NCBI RefSeq assembly: GCF_006345805.1
Contig: NC_043000.1
Location: 54,312,001-54,376,000, forward strand
DNA from: Octopus sinensis
Lineage: Eukaryota
DNA: 64,000 nucleotides
Reading direction: 5' to 3'
A program made the position numbers and the translations under genes. The notes under the pieces are model-generated. The model was not told the DNA's origin, ran no database searches, and worked only from the letters and a program-made list of their open reading frames with translations. Positions 1 to 14,160 of the stretch are shown piece after piece; the stretch's first letter is position 1; every line of letters starts with the position of its first letter.

Positions 1-2659
1 TAATAATTGGTTTCCAATTTTGGAACAAGGCCAAGAAGTTTGAGGAAGGGAGCTAGTCCATTATATCAGCCCTAGTACTCAACTGGTACTTATTTTAATG
101 ACCCCGGATGGAGAAAGGCAAATTTGACCTTGGTAGAATTTGAACTCAGAACATAAATTGCTAAGCTTTCTGCCCAGTATGGTAACAGTTCTGCCACTCC
201 CCATGTTGATATACATAACAGTTAAATTATAATCATGGACTTAATTGTTTTGTTATGTGTGTGATCCTTCAGTCTGTGGGAAAGTAGTTTTGCACAAAAC
301 TGGTCTGTGGTGCGAAACTAAAGTTGAGTTTTGTTGATCTAAAATGATATGAAATGAAAATACATACCTTCTATTGCTCTACCATATAGCTTAGTATCCC
401 ATCTAGACATAGCACATTACATAGTATCATAGTCTCATCATATGTTACAAAGTATTATAGTATCAATATACTGTATGTTCCTGCTGCATTAGGTTTCTTG
501 TTGGTGGTTGTTAGCAATGGTTGGCAACACTAGTAGTCAGTACCTGGAGGGTATTCTCATTGAATGAGCAAGAAGGTGCTGCCTATTTTGCAATTGGATT
601 TGGACCAGTTATAGCTAATGTGACCTTTCTAAGGTATTGTGGCTAATTGTTTGAAAATTTTTGCAAGGAGGCTTCTTTCATTGCACAGTATGGCAGATCT
701 GCTCTTATGATGATTAATATTGGAAATTGTTACAGTGTGTGCACTTCCTTGTGAGTTCACAGCTGACAGTTCTAGGTGAGTAAGTGAGATCCTGATTATG
801 GATGCTTCCATATGTCCAGGGCTGATGCACTGATTAATTGGCTGGCTAGCTGGTTTGACTGTCTAGATGGAGGGATGGATGGGCAGATGTTTGAATAGGC
901 CAATAGCTGGCTACACAGATGGAAGCCTCAACAAATAACTAGCTGATGGTTCAATGGGTATCAGAATGGATGAATGCCTCTTTCCATTTTGAAATACTTG
1001 AGACAGTTCCTTCATAAACGGAATTCTTTTAATAGGAATGCTTGTTACTTATTATCCCAAGCATGAAGATGCAATTGTCACAATGTATTATGTTAAATGT
1101 GTTGATTTTGTATTATGTAGGTAATTTAGATACTTAATTTTGTATTTCTAGAGCCTATGCCAGTATATTTCAAACAAAATGATATCAGTTTTCTGTATTT
1201 TAATTGTGATTCAGTTTACCTATGATGAAATACCTATTAATCATTGCAATCTTGACTTATGTATATTTTAGACTACATTTTCAATTTGGTCTATGTATAC
1301 TATTGTGCCCCACCACAAATTTAAGTCCTCATAATATACAGAAAAATGGATATTTTTCAATGAAATTTCTATTGATAACTTTCAGATGATGTAGATTACA
1401 ATTATGTAAGAATTTAGTGAGGGAATAGAAATGGATGGCTATACACACACATACATACTGACACATATCATATCTACAAACTGAGAGTTGAAATTCTGTA
1501 AACAGTTTTGCAATGTGTGTCAGTGTATATGAGTGTGAGCCTACCAATAAACTGTAATAAAATTGTAATTTAAATCAACAAATACCAGTAGATATTTGTT
1601 GAAAATTTCATTAAAAATAACCATTTTCTGAATGTTATGAGGAAACAAAATCAATGGGTGCACACTTTTAGTTTTCTCTAACTTGTGATTGAGTATACTT
1701 ATGATCAAATACGTACGAGTCATGGAAATTTTAACATGTGTATAGTTTAAGTCTACTTTCAATGTTTTCCATTTTCAAGATGATGTTTTTACTTGTTGGG
1801 TACTATTTCTAGTAGGACAAGTATTTATGTTCTCACATGTAGTTATTTCTCTCTTACTAGCTAGAAACAATCTGATAGATATTTAAAGCAAATTTACTTA
1901 TGTAAAAGTGAAAATTCGAATCCTATATTTACAAGAGTTTGATCGCATACATTTCTCAAAAAAAGTTTGGTTGTTGTACAGCAACAAGGAGTATATTACA
2001 GATAATTCTTGATAGTTTTGTGCCACATTATCCATATGGGGAAATTGGACAGAAACTATGTTAGAATCAATGAAATACCTAAAGAATAAATTATGGATAA
2101 ATTTCATATGTTGGCCATTTATTGATTCCCACAATATATTCTGTTTCATTTATGTGAATATATAGCTCATTAATATTGCAGTTTTGCCTACATGAAAAAC
2201 TTAATGTATCTAGACAGATGATTTATTTTCAATGGCCTCTGAGAAAATATTTTCACATTCTTGCATTAGAGATTATTTTATACTTGGACTGGGGATTTGC
2301 AGATGACACAACTCGATATTTCTATAGTATTTTTATGTTTTATTTTAACATTTGTCTGAGGAAGATACATAAAAAGATGCAACATTAGAATTAGTCTTTA
2401 TATTTTTCTAATACTGTCCCCTTTACATAACTGCCATCTATCCAATTACTCATTGCTCTTTATTCTGCATATTCTTTTACTCAATGAGGAAGTGTATGGA
2501 ACTTACTAGCTAGTTTCTGAAAACATCACTTTTATTGACAAGGATGGTTCTCAGATTGTTGAATATCCTAAGATTTCTTTAATTTCAAATATATTTTAGA
2601 ATCCTTAGTTATTCAAGCTAATATCTTAAACATCTGATTTATAAGTCTTGCTTTAACGT

Positions 2660-3077
2660 TACTCTTTACTCTTTAACTCTTTTACTTGTTTCAGTCATTT
2701 GACTGTGGCCATGCTGGAGCACCGCTTTTAGTCAAGCAAATCAACTCCAGGACTTGTTCTTTATAAGCCTAGTGCTTATTCTATCGGTCTCTTTTGCCGA
2801 ACCGCTAAGTTACGGGGACGTAAACACACCACCATCGGTTATCAAGCGATGTTGGGGGGGTGGGACAAACACAAACACATAAACACACACACATACATAT
2901 ATATATACATATATACGACAGGCTTCTTTCAGTTTCCGTCTACCAAATCGATTCACAAGGCTTTGGTCGGCCTGAGGCTATAGTAGAAGACACTTGCCCA
3001 AGGTGCCACACAGTGGGACTGAACCCAGAACCATGTGGTTGGTAAGCAAGCTACTTACCACACAGCCATTCCTGCAC
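2660..3077 (-). mobile_element. tRNA-derived SINE family A, full-length copy
   Basis: Reverse complement starts G(T)GCAGGAATGGCTGTGTGGTAAGTAGCTTGC..GGTTCAGTCCC (tRNA-like A/B boxes), has an internal CA/TA microsatellite and a (AAAGAGT)n-like tail; many related copies in the window. Confidence 0.85.
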
Positions 3078-3469
3078 ACTTACCACACTTCCATTCTTCA
3101 TTTCAAATTCAAAAACAAGATAGTAGTTTACTTTAATAATGCTACTATTTTGCATTATATTCAACTGTATGTTCTTTAGTTATTGCAGCATGAAAAACTC
3201 AAGTTGGTTGAAATAATTTAATATTATTTCAGTTCTCAGGGGACAACTTTGGCTTATGTATCTTAAGTACACTACTAAGAGTGCTTAATTGTATGTTTGC
3301 TTTGTAAAATCCTTTTTGTGGAACCTTGTCAGTAGTGACCAGATCACAATATGTGAAAAAAAATTTTGACAACAAATAATAAAAGTTTAAGAGAAGATTT
3401 TGTGAGTTCCACACTGTAATTGATTTAGTTTCAATAAATGGTCTCAGATTAAATCACTTGTCAGACAAA

Positions 3470-3907
3470 TACATTCTCTTCTTTTATTTTAATACTTGTG
3501 CTAGTCATTTGTGGGTGGCCATGCTGGAGCACTGCCTTCAAGGATTTTAGTTGAACAAATCGACCCTGGAACTTAGATTTTTAAGCCTAGTACTTAATTT
3601 ATTGATCTCTTTTGAGATATATATATTACTCTTTACTCTTTTACTTGTTCAGTCATTTGACTGCAGCCATGCTGGAGCAGCGCCTTTGGTCAAGCAAATC
3701 AACCCCGGGACTTATTCTTTGTAAGCCCAGTACTTATTCTATCGGTCTCTTTTGCTGAACCACTAAGTGACGGAGATGTGAACACACCAGCAACGGTTGT
3801 CCAGCAATGCTAGAGGGACAAACACAGACACACAAACATATACACACACATATATATATATACATATATACGACAGGCTTCTTTCAGTTTCTGTCTACCA
3901 ACTCCAC

Positions 3908-3960
<53 letters not shown>

Positions 3961-4100
3961 GATGGGCTTCTTTTTGTTTCCATTCAGCAAATCCACTCAC
4001 AAGACTTCGATTGGCCTGAGAGTATAGTAAAAGACACTTTCCCAATGTGCCACATAGTGTGACTGAACCCAAAACCATGTGGTAGGGAGGCAAGCCACAT
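3470..4100 (-). mobile_element. SINE family A: partial 3' copy (3470-3615) plus near-full copy (3627-4100)
   Basis: Same CAGTCATTTGACTG..CATGCTGGAGCA and TTCTATCGGTCTCTTTTG motifs as 2660-3077. Confidence 0.8.
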
Positions 4101-4990
4101 GGACAATGACTCTGAAAATAATTATTGGCCTCGGTTGCATCTGCATACAAATGCTGCATTATATAAGATGTGTCTTATGATGAAAAGAAATCTCTTTAAG
4201 CTAGAATTACAAAGGCAGCCAGGTGAGGTTACTATACAATTAAGATATATTTCAATGTTTTGGTGATGAGCCTTTGAATTAAAAGAATAAGGAACAAGAG
4301 CTGGAGATGATCCACAACTTCGTAACAATGGGTTGCAAAAGTGCTTAATGTTATGATATATATAGTTGACATGAAAGGTGTTATGAATGGGATATATGCA
4401 GTGATGAGAGTTGATAAGCTCAATGAGTAAAGTGCTAAGACTAAAAAAAGCTTCTGAGATGACATACCTCAGTGTTTATGCAGTTATAGAGCATCAGTGT
4501 TTAAGTGTTTGTTTACTGTGTAAGAGGACTTTATTTGAATGTAGGCAAAAATTTATATATACATGCTACAAGTGAAATCGCCATCTATATGTAGAAACTG
4601 CAATCCAATTCTACAACTTGTGTAGGATTAGTAATTAGTTGCTAAGTATCTCTGGCTAATAAAAGAGAATCTATCATAAGCAGTATGTGCTCTCCTTGTT
4701 TCTATCTCTCTCTCTTTCTCTCACTCTCTTTTTCTACATATACATACATGTGTATATACATATATATAAATATATATATATTATATGTAATATATATATA
4801 TATATATATAAATATATAATAAATATTAGGGAATAAATCCAAATTTACAGGGAAAAATCAGATTTAGGATTAAATCCAATTTTATAGTAAAATATTATAT
4901 AATATTATTAGAGACAAAACCACTATTTTTGCAACCAACAAGGAAAGACTTAATCAATACATAAATTTTAATAAAAAGTCAAAAAAACCG

Positions 4991-5035
4991 CCACTACAAT
5001 TGTTTTTCTTGTTTTGATCGACAATCTTCAGGTGG
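4991..5035 (-). ncRNA. Hammerhead motif, disrupted copy
   Basis: Mirror of 7484-7526 but with GAAAAA instead of GAAA. Confidence 0.6.
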
Positions 5036-7483
5036 ACTTCCAATCTAAAATATCAATATTTTAAATATAAAAATAATAATTTTAAAATAATTAAAGTATT
5101 AATGAAAAAATATAAATATAATCTATTTATAACCTATATATAATCCATATATAATCAATATATAACAATATATAAACTAAAATAACCTATCAACAATTAA
5201 ATATAAATTAAAATATAAAATATAAAATATAAAACAAAACAAAAATAAACTATATATACACCCATACACATATAACTAATTTATATATAACCATATCTAA
5301 ATACATACACTAATCACACCACTATTAATATAATCCCTATACATACACATAAAAAACGTCTAGGCAACGATAAATAAATAAAATATAAATACTTCAACAC
5401 AATACTTATTCATACTCCCTCACACACACATACAACCCACATTACCGCTCTAGAAACGGACATCACTTTAAATTATAAACGGAGAAATGGAATAAATGGA
5501 TTAAAATTATATTCACTTGGTAAAACGAACACTACTTCAAATTATGAATGAAATAATGCAATAAAACAACAGACATCGCAAATAACACAAACTTACTACG
5601 AATTCCTTAATAAAACTACCATGATAAACCAAAACTCAAAAAACATATAATGATAAAGTCTCCCTTTACTAAACTCTATCATACCTATATAATCCTATAT
5701 AGCAATCCCCCTAACCTAAACATTCACACACAAATACACACACGTAAACCACACACCCACGACATATACAATACCCACCCACACTTACACATACCTATAC
5801 ATACATATAACCTCACATATCCTCCAAAAACCCACTCAACACCACCACACAGACAAATAAACACATACATCCCCAACCTAAATAGCAAACCCATAAACAC
5901 ATTCACACACAAATATACATACGTAAAATACACACCATATACATATACATACTCACCAACTCGATATATACAACAATATTAACACACCCACATTCATACA
6001 GATAAACAAACTACACAACCAAAATACGCACACACTTACACACAATCCCAATACATAAACACTCCAAAGAAAAACAACATTATTACACATAATACATATA
6101 TAAAATACATCGTAAGTAACCAGAATATCAAAAATAACAATATGACCATAAGGGAAATAATATACATACTTTCAAGTCAGTTTCAATTATTAAGTGAAAT
6201 TAAATTCTAATCCGTTAAAAACATCAAACCAAATTACGTTACCATAGGAACATAACTTATGTATAAAAAATAACGCGCTATGGAAGCAACCTCACTTAAA
6301 ATTATGAATGGAAAATAGAATAAATGGAATTAAAATTATATACACGCGGTAAACCAACATTATTTAAAAAATTATGAATGGATTCTTTTATTAAAACTAC
6401 CATGATAACTAAAACTCACAAAACAATAATGATAAACCTCCCTTTACTAAACCCTATAACATACTTATAGCAATCCTGGGATTGTGTGTGAGTGTGTGCG
6501 TATTTTGGTTGTGTAGTTTGTTTATCTGTATGAATGTGGGTGTGTTAATATTGTGCATATATCGAGTTGGGTGAGTATGTATATGTATATGGTGTGTGTT
6601 TTACGTATGTATATTTGTGTGAATGTGTTTATGGGTTTGCTATTTAGGTTTGGGGATGTATGTGTTATTTGTCTGTGTGGGGTTGAGTGGGTTTTGGAGT
6701 ATATGTTGAGGTTTATATGTATGTATAGGTAATGTGTAAGTGGGGGGTATTTGTATATGTCGTGGGGTGTGTGGTTTACGTGTGTGTATTTGTGTGTGAA
6801 TGTTTAGGTTAGGGGGATTGCTATATAGGTATGTTATAGAGTTTAGTAAAGGGAGATTTTATCATTATATGTTTTTATGAGTTTTGGTTTATCATGGTAT
6901 TTTGTGTAAGGAATCGTAGTAATTTGTGGTCTATTTGCGATGTTTGTTGTTGTTTCTGCATTATTTCATTCATAATTTTTAAGTAGTGTTCGTTTTACCA
7001 AGTGAATATATTTTTAATGCCATTTATTCCATTTCTCCGTTTATAATTTTAAGTGATGTCCGTTTCTAGAGCGGTAATGTGGGTTGTATGTGTGTGTGAG
7101 GGAGTATGAATAAGTATTGTGTTGAAGTATTTAGCTATTTTATTTATTTATCGTTGCCTAGACGTTTTTATGTGTATGTATAGGGATATATATATAGGTG
7201 TGTGATTTAGTGTATGTATTTAGATATGGTTATATAATTAGGTATATGTGTATGGGTGTATATATAGTTTATTTTTTTTTTTGTTTTATATTTATATTTT
7301 ATATTTATATTTATATTTAATTGTTGATAGGTTTTTTTATTTATATATTGTTTATTATTGATTATATATGGATTATATATAGGTTATAAATAGATTATAT
7401 ATTTATATTTTTTCATTAATACTTTAATTATTTTAAAATTATTATTTTTATATTTTAAAATATTGATATTTTAGATTGGAAGT

Positions 7484-7526
7484 CCACCTGAAGATTGTCG
7501 ATCAAAACAAGAAACAATTGTAGTGG
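7484..7526 (+). ncRNA. Minimal type-I hammerhead ribozyme
   Basis: CCAC-CUGAAGA-UUGU(cgaucaaa)ACAA-GAAA-CAAUUG-UA-GUGG: stem I CCAC/GUGG, stem II 4 bp, palindromic stem III, GUA site. Confidence 0.75.
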
Positions 7527-8609
7527 CGGTTTTTTTTTGACTTTTATTAAATTTTTGTGTATTGATTAAGTCTTTCCTTGTTTGTTTTGCAAAATAGTGG
7601 TTTTGTCTCTAATAATATTATATATATAAATATATATATTATATATGTACCCACCACCTATACCAGAAATTTATTCTCAATAGCAGAAATCCCTACAGGA
7701 CTCTGCCTTGCTATTGTACCAGAAGACTCACATACCTTTATCCCTCCTTCTAACAATCACCCACAATACTGCATGTACCAAAAGGTGATATGTTACTTAA
7801 GAAATGTGGCAGTATCTTTACCACATGTCCCACACAAGCGTATTAATATCATATGTATCTATTTGCACATGTATGTGCAGCTAAGTAGCTGTCTGTTTGG
7901 TAAGAAGAATGTGAGCTTTTAAATTGTTGAACTTTATGTGAGCTTTTGTAAGAGTGAAAATATATACTGTGTCTGAAAACTAGTGGTCACACTTCACACC
8001 TTATGCAAGGGCAAAACCCCATCACCTGAACTATTCATGACATGATGGTTACCTGAGTATATACACACACTAATATACAATTTTGACATATAGTATGTAA
8101 TTTGGCCTTTACAGCAATATGTATATATATATATAGAGAGAGAAAGAATATAGCTCAATAGTGATCTAAATGAATAGGTATGCTAAATACTATAATTGTT
8201 CATCTATTAGCTTCCAAGTTCACAGCTAAGGATCCATATTAGACTTTCGTGTTAGCAGGTAAATATTAGAGGAAAAAGACAATAAAAACAAAGGCAGGAT
8301 GAGTATTTCGAGTCATTTATAATAATTTAGTTAGGGTAAGGTGAATTAAAAGTCTTATGGTTGTATCTGGGATATCCCAAGTGATAGGCTAGCATGTCCA
8401 TATGCTGAATATTCTGTCATCAGAGACAAGGTATGTATGAAAGTTCAAAACACAGAAAATATACATATAAATATGTGTGTGTGTGTGCGTGTATACACAC
8501 ATATATATATATATATATACATATATATACATATATATATATATAAACAGAAGACACACACATATATATATATATACGGAAAACACAAATAGAGTTTATG
8601 ATTTATGGC

Positions 8610-8885
8610 AGCTGTTTCTGTAGAATTTTATTGATGTATTCATAAATTACATGATAGCATTTAATCCACTATGTTCAGGTAAAATCTTAAACAGGTATGA
8701 TATCAAACAGGTGAGATAGTATATTGATTGTAATGCCAACAATACTGTTTGTATTCATCAAGATTTGATGTATTACATCACCTGTTTGATAACCTACCTA
8801 TTTAATATTTTACCTGAAGATGATGGATTATTTGTAAGATTGCAATCTATGAATGCATCAGTAAAGTTCTACTGAAACAGATGTG
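8610..8885. repeat. Degenerate fold-back (about 105-bp arms) with HHR relics
   Basis: 8677-8714 pairs with 8779-8816 and homology extends outward; CCTGAAGA...GAAACAG(C/A)TG in both arms. Confidence 0.55.
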
Positions 8886-9114
8886 AATTTTAAAGCCCTA
8901 TTTGTGTTCTGTTTTTATATCTACACCACACCTAGAACCAACCCCAGAGTTGAATCATTGGTTTAAATTGGTTTCGGTACTTACATTATTATTTAATTCG
9001 TTGAGAAGTCTATATTATTGCATCTAACCATTTCTGCATTCTGTGTTGTGTGTAGATTCTATTGATTCCTATGATAAATTTATATATGTGTATGTATGTA
9101 TGTATGTATGTATG

Positions 9115-9148
<34 letters not shown>

Positions 9149-9209
9149 TGTATGTATGTATGTATGTATGTATGTATGTATGTCTGTATGTGTGTATGTA
9201 TGCATGCAT

Positions 9210-9251
<42 letters not shown>

Positions 9252-9666
9252 GAAAAAGCAACAAGAATGGATTAAAATCTCGGTACAATCGTTTCGTACG
9301 AGGACATCTTTAATAAGCTACAAAAAATGCAGTGAATACAGATGGCTCGTACTTTTCAGCCGAAAAAACATCAGAGAATTCCCAAACATCAAAAGGGGTA
9401 GATACAAAAGAGGGTGTAAGATTAACTGCATTGAAGAAAGTTCGATTCATGGAGATCCGATGAAAGGTTTTAAACTTACAGAATTTGTGCATGTCTACAT
9501 ATAGCTCATATTGAATTGCTAATCAAGTTGTGTGAAGAAATTTTCGGATACAGTCATGCAAAATTTCTGAAAATCCGAGTAAGAAACAAAGTGACTGTCA
9601 TATCGTGTAGAGGAAAGTCTGAGTAAAAAGCAAAGTGACTGTCATATCGTGTAGAGGAACAGATTG

Positions 9667-9721
<55 letters not shown>

Positions 9722-10667
9722 TATATTCATACATAGATATACATACAAACACACACACATATATTTATACATACACATTTATGCTCATTGTGAAGAACTC
9801 TGTTTAATCTGTGTCATAACAATTAAAAAGATTAAGTGTCATGATTATAATTTAGAACTAAATGTTACACTGATATCTGTTTTCATGAAAGTTGGGTATG
9901 ATTTGAAGAAGATTATGTTGCTATTTCTAGCAGGTTAAACAACAAATTAAAGGCTATCATGTAGCAGTGTAGAATGTTTTATTGAAGGGTGTTGTATTTG
10001 ATTTTAGCTGCAGCTGTTTTAAACTAATTTGTCTTTTCTCTGTTAATGGAGTTTGTGCCCATCTGCCAAAAGCCATTTAAATTGCTTTTGAATACAGTCT
10101 TATGTAAGAGGGAATGGGAAAGTGTTATATTATGTCATCTTAATAGGAAAGTTGACAGTGAAAATACAATCTGGTTGATAAGAGAAAAAGAGAATGATTA
10201 CAGTGAAAAGATGTATAATCTGATAGCGAAATGTTTGAAATACTACCAACAACAGCTTTTATGAAATGACCAATTGTGATGCATCCAAATAAATTTAAAA
10301 TGGTTTCATGTGCCCCAAAGTGAAGCAGCTTTACTTGAAAATTCTTCTATTTGATAAAGTCAAAATAGTTCCTAATTTCAAGGACAACCATTTGGTTTCC
10401 ATTGCTTTTTTTAAAGCAAAAGGCTATAGTTTACGCTTAAAGATCTATAGGAAAACTGGTTCCGTTGAAACCTTGTACATAATTATTAAAATTAGAATGT
10501 GATTCAAGGCAGTAGAAGAGGAGGCTGTTTATAACTCTTTACAGTTGAGAAATATCATAGAGCATTTATGTATTGACAAAGTATTTCATATGTGAGTGTT
10601 ATATTCTCTTGTGTATATAGTATAGTATAGACCGGTGCTATGCATAATTGGATATTTACATTAAATA

Positions 10668-11116
10668 GGCATAAGAGTGGCTGTGTGGTAAGTAGTTATA
10701 GGCATAGGAGTGGCTGTGTGGTAAGTAGCTTGCTTACGAACCACATGGTTCTGGGTTCAGTCCCAATGCATGGCACCATGGGTAAGTGTCTTCTACTATA
10801 ACCTCGGGCTGACCAAAGCCTTGTGAGTGGATTTGGTAGACGGAAACTGAAAGAAGCCCATCGTATATATGTGTATATATATATATATATATATGTATGC
10901 GTGTTTGTACGTTTATGTGTCTATGTTTGTCCTCCCAACATTGCTTGACAACCAACACTGGTGTGTTTACATCCCTGTAACTTAGTGGTTCAGCAAAATA
11001 GACCAATAGAATAAGTACTAGGCTTTTAAAGAATAAGTCCTGGGGTTGATTTGCTCGACTAAACACATTGCTCCAGCATGGCCACACTCACATGACTGAA
11101 ACAAGTAAAAGAGTAA
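10668..11116 (+). mobile_element. SINE family A, full-length, with duplicated 5' head
   Basis: GGCATA(A/G)GAGTGGCTGTGTGGTAAGTAG occurs at 10668 and again at 10701; tail ACAAGTAAAAGAGTAAA. Confidence 0.85.
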
Positions 11117-11169
11117 ATACCTAAGAAATGAGAAAGCTCACAATATTCAATTGAGATAGGAAACTTCTA

Positions 11170-11385
11170 CGAAAGGATGCTGAAAAGTTCCTGGCTTTAA
11201 GGGTATCGTAATAGACCTGGTTGGAGGCCTAACCTTGCTAGTTCTTTTACAAGGCTTAGAAAAACTGAACAAAAGCTGCAATAAATGTGTGCACCTGAGA
11301 GGGGAATGTGTTGAATAAAATCATAATTAACTGATCCTTTAGTATTTTCTTTTACTCAAGCCAGGAACTTTTCAGCACCTTAACA
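11170..11385 (+). mobile_element. Mariner-derived MITE / internal deletion derivative
   Basis: TIR-like ends GCTGAAAAGTTCCTGGCTT / AAGCCAGGAACTTTTCAGC with TA flanks; internal remnant resembles the mariner C-terminus (..CNKCVHLRGECVE*). Confidence 0.7.
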
Positions 11386-12476
11386 TATTTTATCTAGTGG
11401 TTTGGAACAATATCTAAATTGGTTTTTTTGCTGTTATTTTTCCTTCCTTAGTATTCAAAACATTTTCCCAACATTTATCTGTTGTAAAGCACAAAACAAT
11501 CTATTTTTCTTGATAGCTGCTTTCCCTAGGGTCTGTTTGATAATTATAGCTCCCGGTGACTGTCTATGCATTGCACATAGTGATTTTGTTTGAATGGCTA
11601 CTGGCTAATCTTTGCTAATTACTTTGTTATTTTGTTGAGTTTTATTTTTGTGTGCAGCATAGAAGTTTTACACCTTGGAGTATAGTCATAATCAAACAGG
11701 TAACTATCTCTGTCATCAGTAATAGAGTAAAGGTATTGCTATTCACAGTCTTCAAGTTCTTCAAATGTGGTACTTGGTGTTTGGTGTTTGAATGATGTTC
11801 AAAGTGGAGATACTAAAATAATCATATTCGCAAAGATAGTGGCTGTTGTTACTATTTCAGTTGGTTGAGCAAACAGCTCGTTAAAGCGTACTAACCATGA
11901 TCACCTGATTTGTTTTATATTTTTTACTCATCTTAATACATACTCTTGTCCGATATGTATGGCCACTTCATCTTATTTTAAGATGATAGAGTATAATTTG
12001 AGTGAATTGTAGATGCTATTTCTTGCCAATTGAGCAAATGTATACAGATATGGCTTGTTTGAATCATAAAAATTTTATAGCTAAAAATGAGGTGGTCAGA
12101 TATTCAGAAACAATCAAATGATTATTTTAAAAGAAGATATGGCGCATAACTGATCTTTCATGCTAACATGCTGAATGCAATTATATTGAGAAACCCAAGG
12201 AATTTTTGAGCTTTGAATTCTCTGGTAACTATTGTTTTAGATAGCAGATTTATTGAGTGGCCTCACATCAAAGTTACAAGAGAAGAGAAGTTTCTAGAAA
12301 AGTTCCATCAAAATGTAAAATACAAGATATTCAGGAGAAAGGATTCTCTCAAATTCCTTGAAGTGATTTCTTGGCTTTGTTCATGATTTTAGTAAACTTG
12401 TAGAAATAGCAACAAGAGCAGGAACAAGAAAAACAAGAAGGATAACAAGAATAACTGCTGCTGCAGCCACCACCAA

Positions 12477-12526
<50 letters not shown>

Positions 12527-13793
12527 GCTCAATACCGCAGATTTGCTTGCCAGTTGTTTGACCTTAAAAAATTGAGCATGTACCCTAGTGGCTGACAATA
12601 TATGCAATATATGAGCAGGAGTAGTTGGGAACCATCATAGCCATGTATTGAGAAGACTTCATTGGGGTCGACTTTGGCAGAATTTGAACTTAGTGGTAGT
12701 GGTGGTAGTGGTGATGATGATGATGATGATGATGATAGTATTTTACCCCACTGTCACTTTGCTAGCATGCACCTGCTCCCTCACTCAATAATAATAATAA
12801 TAATGATTTCTTTATTAACCACAAAGGTTTACATTAAGAAAAACATTATGGACAATACAGGACAAAACAAAGAGTATGTGTCTGTGTGTGTGTGTGAGCA
12901 TTTGTTGTTGTGAGGGTTTTGCACATAAACAAGATTAACAAAATTCTTTTAAATCAACAAATTGTGATCCTAAATAGGGAGGAGATAATCCTTTCTACTA
13001 TATACACAAGGCCTAAAATCTTGTGGGTATGGGATAGTCAATTATATTTCGACAGCTACTTAATTAATCAGCCCCAAAATGTTGTGAGGCAAAGTTGACC
13101 TTGATGGAATTTGTACTCAGGATGTAAAGCCAAAAGAAATTCTGGTAAGCAGTTTTGTGTGGCATGGTACTGATTCAGCCATCTTAATACCAGCAGTCAT
13201 TTGAAGTAATGGAATAAAAGAGAATTATATTTGCTGATGCTGCTAAACATCGTCTACATGCTTTCTTGTTGTAGAGAAATATGTCAATATACAATGGAAT
13301 ATTGTATCTCTATTGCTGCATTCAGTTCTCTTCAGAACAATAATGTATTTGAAATCTCTAATTAGGTACACTTCTATGCAAAAACATTTAACATATAGCT
13401 ATTATTTAGAAGCTTTCTCTGAAATTTAAAATTTTCAATAACAACTTCATGAATAAATTTTTACATTGGGATTTCAATTGCATGTTCCCAAAAGAAGAAA
13501 TTTTGCTTGTAGTTGCCACTTTGTTACATGTAATGTTTGCCACATAATAATTGTCAGAAAGACAATGAAGAGTAGCACTATCTTGTATTCGTATGAAGAG
13601 GTGACATGAAGAAAGAAGCAAAAAAGAAAATTGTCTCATTCTTCTTGGATAAAGAAAACAAAAATTATTTTAATTGACAGATTTTCTTTAATTTTAATCA
13701 GATGCATAGGAGGTTTCTTATGTGCATATATAATTATATCAATGTATATACATGTGTGCATGTGTTTATGTGTGTGTATGTGTGTTTGTTTGC

Positions 13794-13827
<34 letters not shown>

Positions 13828-14160
13828 ATCTATATATTTGTGTGTGTCTAAATATATTACTATATATTCATGGGTTAATACGTACATGCAGGTGTGCATA
13901 AATTGTTAAATAAAAAAATTATTGATGAAGAAGTACAAAAACCCACTGATGGAAATCAATTCAAGCATCTCTTCCTTATCTATTAAACCTACTATATTTT
14001 GAATTTCAATATATCAACTGTTGACACTTGTGTGTGTGTGCGTATATATATCTATATGTGTATATATATGTGTGTGTGTGTATATGTATATATATATATA
14101 CATGTTTATATATACACACATATATATATATATGTATATATATCTATATATGTATATATA

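Larger units (their letters stand above)
4817..7624. repeat. 2.8-kb fold-back element (PLE pseudo-LTR-like); inverted arms 4896-6050 / 6477-7624, one-sided extension 4817-4895
   Basis: Arms are reverse complements over about 1.15 kb with many small indels; each carries an HHR motif; termini are shared with 53141-53572. Confidence 0.85.

Noticed and set aside
482-777. Mostly open frame QWLATLVVSTWRVFSLNEQEGAAYFAIGFGPVIANVTFLR and an AG|GTGAGT donor at 777
   Set aside because: Loose resemblance to transporter motifs only; stops in frame; no partner exon could be established.
9275-9320. Minus-strand GAAA-CGAUUG-UA motif
   Set aside because: The CUGAnGA core and stem I are absent; too degenerate to count as an HHR.
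9577-9659. 39-bp direct repeat pair
   Set aside because: Only two copies with a 4-bp gap; a local duplication, not CRISPR-like. No CRISPR array or cas gene in the window.
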